From a virus (taxonomy: Duplodnaviria; Caudoviricetes): a stretch of 24,928 nucleotides of DNA. The position numbers and the translations under genes are program-made. Of this stretch, positions 8,431 through 16,611 are shown piece by piece (position 1 is the first letter of the stretch; each line of letters begins with the position of its first letter). The notes beneath the pieces were generated by a model, which worked only from the letters and a program-made list of their open reading frames with translations, was not told the DNA's origin and searched no databases. The stretch is from the IMG/VR virus record IMGVR_UViG_3300005805_000459, positions 1-24,928 of that record; one strand, 5' to 3'.

Positions 8431-8708
8431 CGTGCGCGCGATCGTAGCCAATCGCCGTCCATGCGCACGCACCGCTCGACCTCATGCCGGCGACGCGCAC
8501 TGATCCATTCGAGCCCGTTCGGCGTCAGGTTGAGCGCAAACGCGACGTGCCGCATCGCGCCGTCAGCGTCCACATTCGGCGTGACGTACCGCCGAAACGG
8601 CTCGCCGCAGTGGATGCCCGTGACGACCCAATCGTCCTCGGACGTGTACGCCTCGATGCCGCCAACGCCCGGGATGGGCGTACCTACGACGCTCGCCTCT
8701 CTCCTCAT
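8427..8708 (-). CDS. hypothetical protein (93 aa)
   Basis: Fills the gap between tail tube and chaperone; ATGA coupling downstream. Confidence 0.6.
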   Translation of the reverse strand: MRREASVVGTPIPGVGGIEAYTSEDDWVVTGIHCGEPFRRYVTPNVDADGAMRHVAFALNLTPNGLEWISARRRHEVERCVRMDGDWLRSRAR

Positions 8709-8714
8709 GCCCTA

Positions 8715-9122
8715 TCAGCTCCAAGAGATCGTAAAGGGGCTGTCGGTTCCGGTCGTGGTGGAAGCGAGCGAGAAGTTGAAGGTGACTGTCGCATCGCCCG
8801 TCTTGTTGACGTTCATGGCGACCGAATCGACCACGCACTTCGCGGCGATCGTGTTGCCGCTCTCGGCGGTCAGGGTGATCGTGCCGCCATCCGCCGCCGT
8901 ATGGGCCGCGAGGAAGTTGGTGGACACGAAGCTCGTCGTGTTGTCGAGCACGCCACCGGCGCTGCCGGTCATGTCGTAGACGCCGAGCAGGCGGTTGCGC
9001 CCGCTGTTGCTGAACCCTGTCACGTCGGAGACTGCACGGCTGATCGTCGCGCTCCATGTGTTCAGGGTGCCGACGATGCCGTTGCCGCTGATGTTTCCTG
9101 CGTTTCCGTTGATTGCTGCCAT
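8715..9122 (-). CDS. major tail tube protein (135 aa)
   Basis: Follows the tail terminator; GNAG...WSATISR...DVTGF...GSAGG pattern typical of tube proteins. Confidence 0.7.
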   Translation of the reverse strand: MAAINGNAGNISGNGIVGTLNTWSATISRAVSDVTGFSNSGRNRLLGVYDMTGSAGGVLDNTTSFVSTNFLAAHTAADGGTITLTAESGNTIAAKCVVDSVAMNVNKTGDATVTFNFSLASTTTGTDSPFTISWS

Positions 9123-9539
9123 TTAGGCGATCCTTGTGGTGAAGAGGCTGTATGCGGGACTGACGATCATGAACTCATCCGAGGCGGTCGGAAGCCCACG
9201 CGCAAGGCATTGTAGGGTGACGCTCCCGTAGGTCGATCCTCCGACCGTGAGCGTCTGCTGATCGAGGAGCGTGAAGAGAGCCTCCTCGATGTCCATGACG
9301 GTCGCGGCTCCGCCCTTGCCCTCGGCGTAGATGTCAAACGACAGCGAGCCGCGCAAGACGCGCGAGCCGCCGAACTGGTCTTCATTGTCCATGCCGTCCA
9401 CGTTGTAGATCGCCAGCGGGAAGGCGGTGTTCTGCGGCGCCTCAACGTGGTAGTAGCGACCGCTCACAAGGGCATGGAACGAGCCCGCGCCGGTGGCGCT
9501 TGCAAGTCTGGTGTAGATGGCGGCTACTACGTCCTTCAT
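9123..9539 (-). CDS. tail terminator/completion protein (DUF3168/gp17-like)
   Basis: AIYTRL...LVSGRYY...APQNTAFPLAIY...FDIY pattern and synteny. Confidence 0.8.
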   Translation of the reverse strand: MKDVVAAIYTRLASATGAGSFHALVSGRYYHVEAPQNTAFPLAIYNVDGMDNEDQFGGSRVLRGSLSFDIYAEGKGGAATVMDIEEALFTLLDQQTLTVGGSTYGSVTLQCLARGLPTASDEFMIVSPAYSLFTTRIA

Positions 9540-10198
9540 GGGATGCTGAACCCAAACCTAGCAAGCATAAGCCGCATGAGCTGCGGTGCCTTAGCGCGTG
9601 TCGCCTCCATCGCCTTTCCGACAAACGGGCGTCGCGCGACGCCGATGCCATACTCAAGGTAGTAGGCGTATTTGACTCCGAGCGTAAGCCTCCATCCCGT
9701 TTTGTATCCCTCACGGATTCGCGTGGGCTTGGTCTGCGTTGAGTTGATCAGGCGACCCGTGTCCTTCGCCGGCGGATCGCCCGGAAGCGATGCGCGGTGG
9801 ATTCCGACCTTCTTCTCGCGCAGGCCACGAGCGGCCACCCACTGCCCAATGCGCGGAGGCTCCGCGCGACCCTGCGATACCGCCGAGATGACCCTGCCGC
9901 CCGTGGCCGTCATGCCGCTGAACTGCCCGCCTCGCGGACGGCGGGCCCGCCTGCCGCCGAGCATGAGGATGTGCAGGCGCTGGGTATCCGAGATGAGCTG
10001 ACCTTCGCGGAGCCCGAGCTGCCGCATGATCATCTCGCCCGACTCGTTGCGGCTGTAGATCTTGCCCCGTCCCTCGTTGTCGAGGATGCGCCGTAGGTTC
10101 GCCTGAAGCTCAAACATGACCAGTTTGGCACCCTCCGACAGGGCGACCTCCAAAGCCTGCTTGACCCTCGGCGAGCTGAAGTCGGTACGGGCAGGCAT
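9536..10198 (-). CDS. HK97 gp10-like neck protein with a basic insertion
   Basis: HRASLPGDPPAKDTGRLINS and YAYYLEYG...ARRPF motifs. Confidence 0.8.
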   Translation of the reverse strand: MPARTDFSSPRVKQALEVALSEGAKLVMFELQANLRRILDNEGRGKIYSRNESGEMIMRQLGLREGQLISDTQRLHILMLGGRRARRPRGGQFSGMTATGGRVISAVSQGRAEPPRIGQWVAARGLREKKVGIHRASLPGDPPAKDTGRLINSTQTKPTRIREGYKTGWRLTLGVKYAYYLEYGIGVARRPFVGKAMEATRAKAPQLMRLMLARFGFSIP

Positions 10199-10551
10199 CA
10201 GAGCGGCAGCGTTCGTTGGAGGGTGAGCCGCATATGAGCCACGCCGTCGCCCGTAGAGCGCTCGTCAGGCGTCCGGACCTCTTGGATATCCCAGAAGGCG
10301 GTTCCGACGAAGAGCCGATCCTGAGGCTGTATAGCCGTTCCTACGGGCACGTAGCCTACGGCGGATAGGGCGTTCCTCTGACCGCCCATCGCGTCGGACT
10401 CCGAGCCGCCGCCCTGCTGCAGGTAGACCGTGACAGTCGAGAGCGCCGTCGTGTAGGTGTTGATGATCGACCCCGTGCTATCACGGGTAGTCGTAGGGCG
10501 TTGGGTGGTCGCCGCGATGCCGTAGCGGTCGATCAGGCTATCGACGCTCAA
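10198..10551 (-). CDS. head closure/stopper protein (SPP1 gp16-like, 117 aa)
   Basis: TTG start at 10551 overlapping the upstream TGA, with GGAAGGAG RBS; TTRDSTGS...IQPQDRL...WDIQEV pattern. Confidence 0.75.
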   Translation of the reverse strand: MSVDSLIDRYGIAATTQRPTTTRDSTGSIINTYTTALSTVTVYLQQGGGSESDAMGGQRNALSAVGYVPVGTAIQPQDRLFVGTAFWDIQEVRTPDERSTGDGVAHMRLTLQRTLPL

Positions 10552-11411
10552 GCGATCTCCTTCCAATCCGAAAGCAGGCCAGCCATGACCGCATCGACTT
10601 CCGCGCGGTTGGCGCGGGTGTACGAGTAGTCCCCGAGGCTCTCGGATGCGAGCCCGCTGTCGCGCTTGCGGTCCCGGTACATCATGGCGGCGATCTCGAT
10701 GCACGCCTGCTCGATGTCGTCCGGCACGGTCGCGTAGCCGGCGGTGTACTCCACGCAGACGCTCTTTACGGCGTCGGGCATAATCCCGCGCTCAAGCGGC
10801 CAATACGCCCACCATGACTGATCGATCGCAAGCCGTCCCGTGTCGTAGTCGTAGGTGTACTCGCTCGCAGTATCGGCGGCGAACAGCGTCACGGTGGCGA
10901 GCACCACGTCGCCTGCCGCGCGCGGACGAAGCTGCGCCGTGCGGATGTTCTTGCCGAGCGTGCAGGTAAAGCCTGCTGTCGCGCCGATGGCGGTCGCAAG
11001 CGCCGCAGTGGTCGGGTAGGTGGCGAAGGAGAGCGTCGTGGTCGTAGTCACGCCTGCCGAAGTCGTGCGGGTCAGGACTGCCGCTGGCGTTCCCGTCTCC
11101 TGATTGATGCTGATGCTCGCGCGAATGTCGGTCGCGTCGCCCGCGCCTACGACGAGCGCCGCATATGCGCCCGTCCATACGCCCGTGACCTGCGACACGG
11201 GCCACTGGTGCAGCCTGATCGCGTCCACGCCAGCGCCGCTGCGCCACTCCGTGTAGGTGCGCGAGAGGATCTGCCTGCCGACATACGTCTCGATGCGCGC
11301 CGTCGCGCGGTCGATCGCTGCCTCTAGCACGGTGTCATCCGTGCTTGCGGTGATCCCGAGCCACGACTTCAGGTTTGCGAGCGACGTGAGCGCGTAGGTT
11401 CCGACAGCCAT
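10548..11411 (-). CDS. head-tail connector/adaptor (gp6/gp15-like) with inserted Thr-rich domain
   Basis: LTSLANLKSWLGI...IETYVGR...YTAGYATVPDDIEQAC...SESLGDYSYT motifs. Confidence 0.85.
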   Translation of the reverse strand: MAVGTYALTSLANLKSWLGITASTDDTVLEAAIDRATARIETYVGRQILSRTYTEWRSGAGVDAIRLHQWPVSQVTGVWTGAYAALVVGAGDATDIRASISINQETGTPAAVLTRTTSAGVTTTTTLSFATYPTTAALATAIGATAGFTCTLGKNIRTAQLRPRAAGDVVLATVTLFAADTASEYTYDYDTGRLAIDQSWWAYWPLERGIMPDAVKSVCVEYTAGYATVPDDIEQACIEIAAMMYRDRKRDSGLASESLGDYSYTRANRAEVDAVMAGLLSDWKEIA

Positions 11412-11420
11412 GCCCCAACT

Positions 11421-12599
11421 CTAGGTGCGCGCGTACCACGGCTTTCCTAGCGCGTGGTACTCGTTCACCTTCTGGTATCGCGTCAGCAGATCCGAGCCCG
11501 GCCATGAGACGATGAGTTCCATGTGACCGACCCGAACCTTCGGGCAGAGCCACGCCTTTCGGCCCGACTCCTTCCAGCGCTTCCAGAAGTGAATGTCGTC
11601 GTCCATGCGCCCCTCGCCCCATCCGCCGTCCGGCGCAGGCTCGCCCTTGAACCACGGCTTCTCCAACTTGCGCAGCGCGTCGGCGCTGATGATCGTGAGC
11701 CCGAAATGCCCGGTGGCGATCTGCACGCAGTCCTTGTCCATCTCCTCGACCGGGACGGTATTGCGCACCTTGCCGCTGTCATCGACCATCGTGAACAGCG
11801 GGCAGACGCGTTCGCGCCCCGCCTGCAGCGGAACAAGGATCTCGCATCCGTTCTCCTCCGCGATCGTCCGCAGACGCACGATGTCCTGCCACTCGAACAC
11901 GGTGTCGTAGTCCACGGTGATGAGCCACTTGACCTCAGGACGCGCGATGGCATCCGTAAGCACGCGGTCGATGCCCTGAGTCCAGAAGACGCCTTGCGTG
12001 CGGTGAACGCTCATCTGCAGTTTGACGCTCGCCGTCGTGGCGCAGAACATGTTCTCCGTAAAGCCGAGGCGCGGAGTCGTGAAGCAGAGCGCTACGTCCT
12101 TGTACGACGGAGGCTCGACAGGAACCTTCGGATCTGGCTTGCGCGCCTTGATGTTCAGGCTGACGGGAAGTGACGAGCAGTCGTCGTCGGCGCTCTTCCA
12201 AGGCTCGCACGCGACGAAGCCGACAGCCTCAAGGAGCCCGACGAGTTTCTGCTGCTGGTAGATCGCCTTGTGCCCGTCAAGTTCGCTTGTGTATCCGCCC
12301 ATGAGATATGCCTCAAGCGGAACCTCGCTGCCCCTGTTCTCGGTATACCACTGCACGATCTTCTCGAAGTCGGGAACGGCGATCCTGATGACGCCGCCCG
12401 GCTTGAGCAGCCGGAACCAGTGCTCAAGCGTGGACTGCGCCTGCCTGTACGGGATGTGCTCAAGGACGTGCGACGCGCGTATCTCGTCAACGCTGCCGTC
12501 GCGGAACGGAAGCGCGCGGACATCATGCCCTAGCGAATCGTCAATGGGGATATAGCCGGGGAGCCGTGTGCTTCCTGCACCAAGGTCGAGTTTGATCAT
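11421..12599 (-). CDS. class I SAM-dependent methyltransferase fused to a GT-A (GT2-like) glycosyltransferase (392 aa)
   Basis: N-terminal LDLGAG, LPFRDGSVDEIRASHVLEH, LKPGG; C-terminal VDYD (DxD), GHFGLTII, KPWF, DDIHFW, VGH; start taken at MIKLDLG. Confidence 0.85.
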   Translation of the reverse strand: MIKLDLGAGSTRLPGYIPIDDSLGHDVRALPFRDGSVDEIRASHVLEHIPYRQAQSTLEHWFRLLKPGGVIRIAVPDFEKIVQWYTENRGSEVPLEAYLMGGYTSELDGHKAIYQQQKLVGLLEAVGFVACEPWKSADDDCSSLPVSLNIKARKPDPKVPVEPPSYKDVALCFTTPRLGFTENMFCATTASVKLQMSVHRTQGVFWTQGIDRVLTDAIARPEVKWLITVDYDTVFEWQDIVRLRTIAEENGCEILVPLQAGRERVCPLFTMVDDSGKVRNTVPVEEMDKDCVQIATGHFGLTIISADALRKLEKPWFKGEPAPDGGWGEGRMDDDIHFWKRWKESGRKAWLCPKVRVGHMELIVSWPGSDLLTRYQKVNEYHALGKPWYART

Positions 12600-12621
12600 G
12601 CGGGGACGATACCGCACAAAT

Positions 12622-12655
12622 GACACAGGGGCGACCCGAAGGTCGCCCCTGTATC
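12622..12655 (-). terminator. 15-bp stem with cUUCGg loop; probable terminator or processing hairpin
   Basis: GATACAGGGGCGACC-TTCG-GGTCGCCCCTGTGTC followed by a weak ATTTGT tail. Confidence 0.65.
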
Positions 12656-12701
12656 GGCGTGCGTCGTGCGCACTTTGCCCAGCCGAAGCCGGGCGGATGG
12701 A

Positions 12702-13214
12702 TCAGGCGCCGAGCTGCGCGCTGCCCGGATTGACGACCACACCGACGGTCGTGTTTCCGGCGCCGTGCGCCCCGTTCGTGCCCTGCGCGGAGATCGCCTC
12801 GCTGATCACGTTCGGCGCGGTGGCCGGACGGGACAGGTTGCAGATCGCGCCGACCACGACGGTCGTGCCGGGCGTGTAGGAGAGCTGCAGGTAGCGCTTC
12901 TTGCCGATGCAGTCCACGTTCAGCACAAGCGGCTGAACTGCGGTCGCCGAGGTCGCCATCTCCGCAGGCAGCGTGAAGCCGCCCGCCGAGTTGGTGCCGC
13001 CGACGTAGCCGGTCACGTCCGTAAAGGACGAGGTGGTATCGCTCTCGCCGACCTTGAGCGTCAGGACGCGAGTGGTCGCGCCTGCCGTCTGCGGGAGAAC
13101 GATGAACTGCGCCGCGTCGAAGCCGGCGGTATCCACGATGAGCGTCGCTGTCGCGTTGCTCGCCACGCTCGTCGGAGCGAGCGGGATGGTGCGGGTGGTC
13201 TGGTTGAATTGCAT
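12702..13214 (-). CDS. probable capsid decoration/cement protein (170 aa, MQFNQTT...)
   Basis: Directly after the capsid gene; AAAGGA RBS; Thr/Ala/Val-rich beta pattern (DTAGFD...KKRYLQL). Confidence 0.65.
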   Translation of the reverse strand: MQFNQTTRTIPLAPTSVASNATATLIVDTAGFDAAQFIVLPQTAGATTRVLTLKVGESDTTSSFTDVTGYVGGTNSAGGFTLPAEMATSATAVQPLVLNVDCIGKKRYLQLSYTPGTTVVVGAICNLSRPATAPNVISEAISAQGTNGAHGAGNTTVGVVVNPGSAQLGA

Positions 13215-13233
13215 GGTCTGTGTCCTTTCAGGA

Positions 13234-14589
13234 TCAGAGGGTTGCGCGGATGAGAGCGCCAGACACGGAGCCCGCGCCGACGTTAGCGACATTGAGGTCG
13301 AATCTCGAACTTCCGCGTGCCGCAATCTCGTCCTGCTCGAACGCGTTGAGCGCGCTGTTGCTGAACTCGACCGTGAGGCCACGGCGGTCGCCGAGGTAAG
13401 CCGCGAGGCTCATGTCGCCGAAGTATGCGTAGGTCTGGCCGTCAGTGTCCGTCGGTGCGGCGATGGCCTCGGAGAGGACAACGTCGTAGCCGTAGAACTT
13501 GAGCTGCTGCGTGGAGGCGTCCAGAATCTCGCCAAGCATCGCGCCGTTGGCGCCCTCTGCGAGACGGAGGAACACCGAGTTCCATACGGAGCGGCGGACG
13601 TACCACTTGGCATTGGGACCGTCAGCCCACTGCGCAAGCTTGCCGACCACAGCGCGGAGGCTTCCGAGCGTGACAGACGAGAGCGCCGAGACGCCTGCGT
13701 CGGAGGTCGCGCCAGCGTGAGCGCACGCGGACTTGCATCCGAGGATGCCGCCGTAGGTGCTCGTACCGTCGCCCTCGAAGAGGCACTCGTCCTCCTTCTT
13801 GGCCATCGCGTACGCGATCTCCTGCGCGAGGTTGTCGCCGAGAGCGACGATGTTGTCCTCGTTCAGCTCGCTGCTGATGGTCGTGAGGACCATGAGCTTC
13901 TTGGCGACGAGCGCGACCTGATCGAAGGCCTGCTCGGACTCCGTGCCGGCAGCGGCCTCTCCGACAAAGTACGCGCTGACCGTGCCCGTGCGACGCGGCA
14001 TCCGGAGGACATCGCTGCCCATCGGGACGATGCGGCACTGCTGGCGAGCGACGCCGTAGGAGTCGCGGAGGGTAATCAGCGAAGGCTCAAGCACGTCAGG
14101 GACGAGGAATCCGCCGCTGATGTTGTTGCCCTCGATATGGCCCTTCGTGAGGCGAATGCCCTTGTCGGCGCAGAACTGCGCAGACTTCTGCGAGCCCATG
14201 CACGCCATCGCCCAGCGACCGAACTGGTACGCCTCCTCGGCGGACTTCAGGTAGCGGGCGCGACCGTAGACGGGCTTCGCAGCCTCGACCACGACGGGCT
14301 TCGCAGCCTTGGCGCTCTTGCTGATCTCGTCGCGGATGACCGAGCGAACCTCGGAGGCGATGCTCTTGGCAGCGTCCTCGGGCTTGTCGTCCATCATCGC
14401 CTCGACCGGAGCGTCGGCCATGCTGATTTCGATATCGATGGATGCGGGATCGACGGGGTTGCCCTCGGCGTCCACAACCATCACGTCCTCCATGTACAGA
14501 GCCTTCGCCTTGGCGAAGCCCTTGGAGCCCTTCTGGTTGGCGAGGTTCTGCAGGTTCTTCTGCAGATCCTCAAGTGTGATCTTCTTCAT
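13234..14589 (-). CDS. HK97-fold major capsid protein (451 aa, with N-terminal delta/scaffold region)
   Basis: GGFLVP, AYFVGE, KKLMVLTTISSELNED, FEGDGT, YFGDMS, FEQDEIAARG motifs; start at MKKITLE. Confidence 0.95.
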   Translation of the reverse strand: MKKITLEDLQKNLQNLANQKGSKGFAKAKALYMEDVMVVDAEGNPVDPASIDIEISMADAPVEAMMDDKPEDAAKSIASEVRSVIRDEISKSAKAAKPVVVEAAKPVYGRARYLKSAEEAYQFGRWAMACMGSQKSAQFCADKGIRLTKGHIEGNNISGGFLVPDVLEPSLITLRDSYGVARQQCRIVPMGSDVLRMPRRTGTVSAYFVGEAAAGTESEQAFDQVALVAKKLMVLTTISSELNEDNIVALGDNLAQEIAYAMAKKEDECLFEGDGTSTYGGILGCKSACAHAGATSDAGVSALSSVTLGSLRAVVGKLAQWADGPNAKWYVRRSVWNSVFLRLAEGANGAMLGEILDASTQQLKFYGYDVVLSEAIAAPTDTDGQTYAYFGDMSLAAYLGDRRGLTVEFSNSALNAFEQDEIAARGSSRFDLNVANVGAGSVSGALIRATL

Positions 14590-14709
14590 TGGTACAGGTT
14601 CCCTTGTTGGGGTTGGTTTCAGTGAGTGAGTTGACGTGCGGCGCAGGTCATCCGTTCGGGCGCAAGGCCCACCGTCTCGACCAACCGATGCCACAACACT
14701 AGGCGCGCC

Positions 14710-14747
14710 AAAAGCAGCGCGGACCGCCCACAACGGACGGCCCGCGC
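14710..14747 (-). terminator. intrinsic terminator-like hairpin between protease and capsid genes
   Basis: GCGCGGGCCGTCC-GTTGT-GGGCGGTCCGCGC (13 bp including G-U pairs) followed by TGCTTTT. Confidence 0.6.
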
Positions 14748-14766
14748 CAAGGAGAGAGTCTGTTCG

Positions 14767-15438
14767 TCAGTCCGCGTAGATGCGCCCACGGGCGCGCGCG
14801 ATCTCGTCGCGCACGATCCGGGTGCGGTCGTCTGTGGCGACGGCGGGGATCGTAATGCCGACCTTCCACTTGCGTGCGACCTCGACCGGGGCGGGCGCGT
14901 CAGGAACCGTAACGCCAAAGCGCTTGACTGCGTCGGCGCTGACAAGCCCCTTTCGGACGGCGGTCACGATGGCATCTTGGTTGGCTGGGATCGAGACGAC
15001 CGACACTTCCAGCAGCTTCCACTTGCCGTAGACGCGGCGCACTCCCTCGCCAAAGCGGTCTGTATCCGCCTTGTTCGCCGGGCGAGCCTCCGTGCCGAGG
15101 AACCCAATGCTCATCGTGTTCAGCGCGCCAAAGTCAAGCAGGGCGCCGACAGTGTCGGGGAGCCAATCTCCGACGTGCCCTTCCGGGCGCGGAGCGAGCG
15201 CGAACTCGGCCTCGATCGCGCGGTCGCCACGGCGCATCTTCAGCATCTTGCCGATCGGCTTCAGAGTGTCGTGCTCGTACAGCAAGACAGGGTTGCGCTC
15301 GTAGTCCTTGCTGTTCATCCCGGCTGGGATCACGACCTCGCCGTCTCGATCCACGCTGTCGGTGGTGATCGTCGCCGTGAAGGTGCGCGCCTTGCCGGCG
15401 CTCTTGCGGATCGAAGCGGAAAGTGTCTTGCTGTTCAT
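14767..15438 (-). CDS. HK97-type prohead maturation protease
   Basis: VDRDGEV, NPVLLYEHD (His), SIGF (Ser), LLEVSVVSIPANQDA. Confidence 0.95.
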   Translation of the reverse strand: MNSKTLSASIRKSAGKARTFTATITTDSVDRDGEVVIPAGMNSKDYERNPVLLYEHDTLKPIGKMLKMRRGDRAIEAEFALAPRPEGHVGDWLPDTVGALLDFGALNTMSIGFLGTEARPANKADTDRFGEGVRRVYGKWKLLEVSVVSIPANQDAIVTAVRKGLVSADAVKRFGVTVPDAPAPVEVARKWKVGITIPAVATDDRTRIVRDEIARARGRIYAD

Positions 15439-16361
15439 ACGTCGATGACCGGGACAAGGGTGCAGCGGCAGAATGGGTGGAGCGGTGGCCCGCTCACGTC
15501 ACCATACGCTAGGTTCAGCTCGCGCCCGTCCGTGGCGACGATGCGGTCGCCCTGCTTGAAGAACGGCTGGTCTAGCTCCACGCCCTGCTCGCCGTACTCC
15601 TGCGCGGCGATCTCGCAGAACTCGCAGGACGTAGGCGAGAGGAGCCACTGCTTGCGGGTGATGACGCCCGACTCGCGCCAAGCCTCGATCTGGCCGTCCG
15701 TGTACGCCCGGACGCTCTCGGTGCGGGCGATGCGGGCGGCGGTCATCTCGTCGAAGCCCTGCGCCTCAAGGTCGGCGATCACCTCGTCGGTGGTCTTGAG
15801 CTCTTCGATGCCGCGCGCGATCGTGTCGCCGACGCGCCTCGAGTAGTTGCCTGCCGCGCTGTCGCCTACCCGGTTCGCCGCGTCGCGCGCAGCCTGCACA
15901 GCGTACTCGCTCGCCTCATCGAAGATGACGTTCTCGCCGACCTCGAGCCGCATCGCCTGCTGAATCTGGTCGAGCCCGGCGGCGACGCCGGCGCGCGCCA
16001 TGAACTGACCGTACGGACCAGCAGCCTCCGCGATTAGCGTTGCGAGCTGCGGCGCCATCGTCTGCGCCTGTTGCGCGATGTAGGTGATCTTCGCCGTGCC
16101 TTCGAGGCGTCGGCGATCTGCTTCTTGCATGATGCCGTTCAGCCACGGCCCGAAGATGCGCTCCATTCGCCGCGTGAACGCCTCAAGCTCACGGCGCTCA
16201 ATCTCATGCAGCGGCACTTCGCCAGCCTTGCCACGGATGACCTGAGCGTCCGCGATCATCGGCATCCAAGGCATAATGCCCTTCTCGTCGATGCACCGCG
16301 CCGCAGGCGAGCGCGCTAGCGCCTTCGCCGCACGGAGGATGATGCGGTCGCGGCTGCACAT
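15435..16361 (-). CDS. MuF/SPP1 gp7-like head morphogenesis protein (308 aa)
   Basis: AARIARTE, KQW, CEFC, GPPLHPFCRC; start at 16361 by TGATG overlap. Confidence 0.9.
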   Translation of the reverse strand: MCSRDRIILRAAKALARSPAARCIDEKGIMPWMPMIADAQVIRGKAGEVPLHEIERRELEAFTRRMERIFGPWLNGIMQEADRRRLEGTAKITYIAQQAQTMAPQLATLIAEAAGPYGQFMARAGVAAGLDQIQQAMRLEVGENVIFDEASEYAVQAARDAANRVGDSAAGNYSRRVGDTIARGIEELKTTDEVIADLEAQGFDEMTAARIARTESVRAYTDGQIEAWRESGVITRKQWLLSPTSCEFCEIAAQEYGEQGVELDQPFFKQGDRIVATDGRELNLAYGDVSGPPLHPFCRCTLVPVIDV

Positions 16362-16597
16362 CAGGCAGACTGCGCGGCCTGATACGCGGCGATGCACTCG
16401 GGCGTATGCACAGCGGCGCACACTGCCTGCACGGCAGGCTCGCGGTCGCTGTAGTCAGTGCCGGGCGCGATGTCGTAGCGGCGTCCGGCCTGCGCGACCT
16501 TCTCGCCATCGTCGAGGATGTCGATGTTCACGGCGACGCTGATGACGCCTGTGGGCGAGATGTCGATTGATGCGATGGATTCAGTTCGTGTAAGCAT
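16361..16597 (-). CDS. small acidic protein, possible fibre assembly chaperone
   Basis: ILDDG...APGTDYS...VQAVCAAVHT resembles a small family I recall downstream of phage fibre genes; AAGGA RBS. Confidence 0.7.
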   Translation of the reverse strand: MLTRTESIASIDISPTGVISVAVNIDILDDGEKVAQAGRRYDIAPGTDYSDREPAVQAVCAAVHTPECIAAYQAAQSA

Positions 16598-16611
16598 GGT
16601 GTGTCCTTGGA

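Noticed and set aside
11421-12599. Interpretation as a DNA methyltransferase or restriction-modification gene
   Set aside because: No DPPY/NPPY or PC catalytic motif seen in the MTase domain; motifs match small-molecule class I MTases and it is fused to a GT-A domain
13033-14625. 530-aa plus-strand ORF, and other long plus-strand ORFs such as 14977-15846, 17774-18535 and 19737-20444
   Set aside because: Antisense shadows of strongly codon-biased high-GC genes; no motifs, RBS or operon logic
14590-14733. N-terminal extension of the capsid ORF in the track (also upstream extensions at 13382, 12626, 10704, 16421, 8472, 4587, 22647, 23639)
   Set aside because: They run through hairpins or upstream genes; downstream starts fit better by RBS, stop/start coupling or motif position
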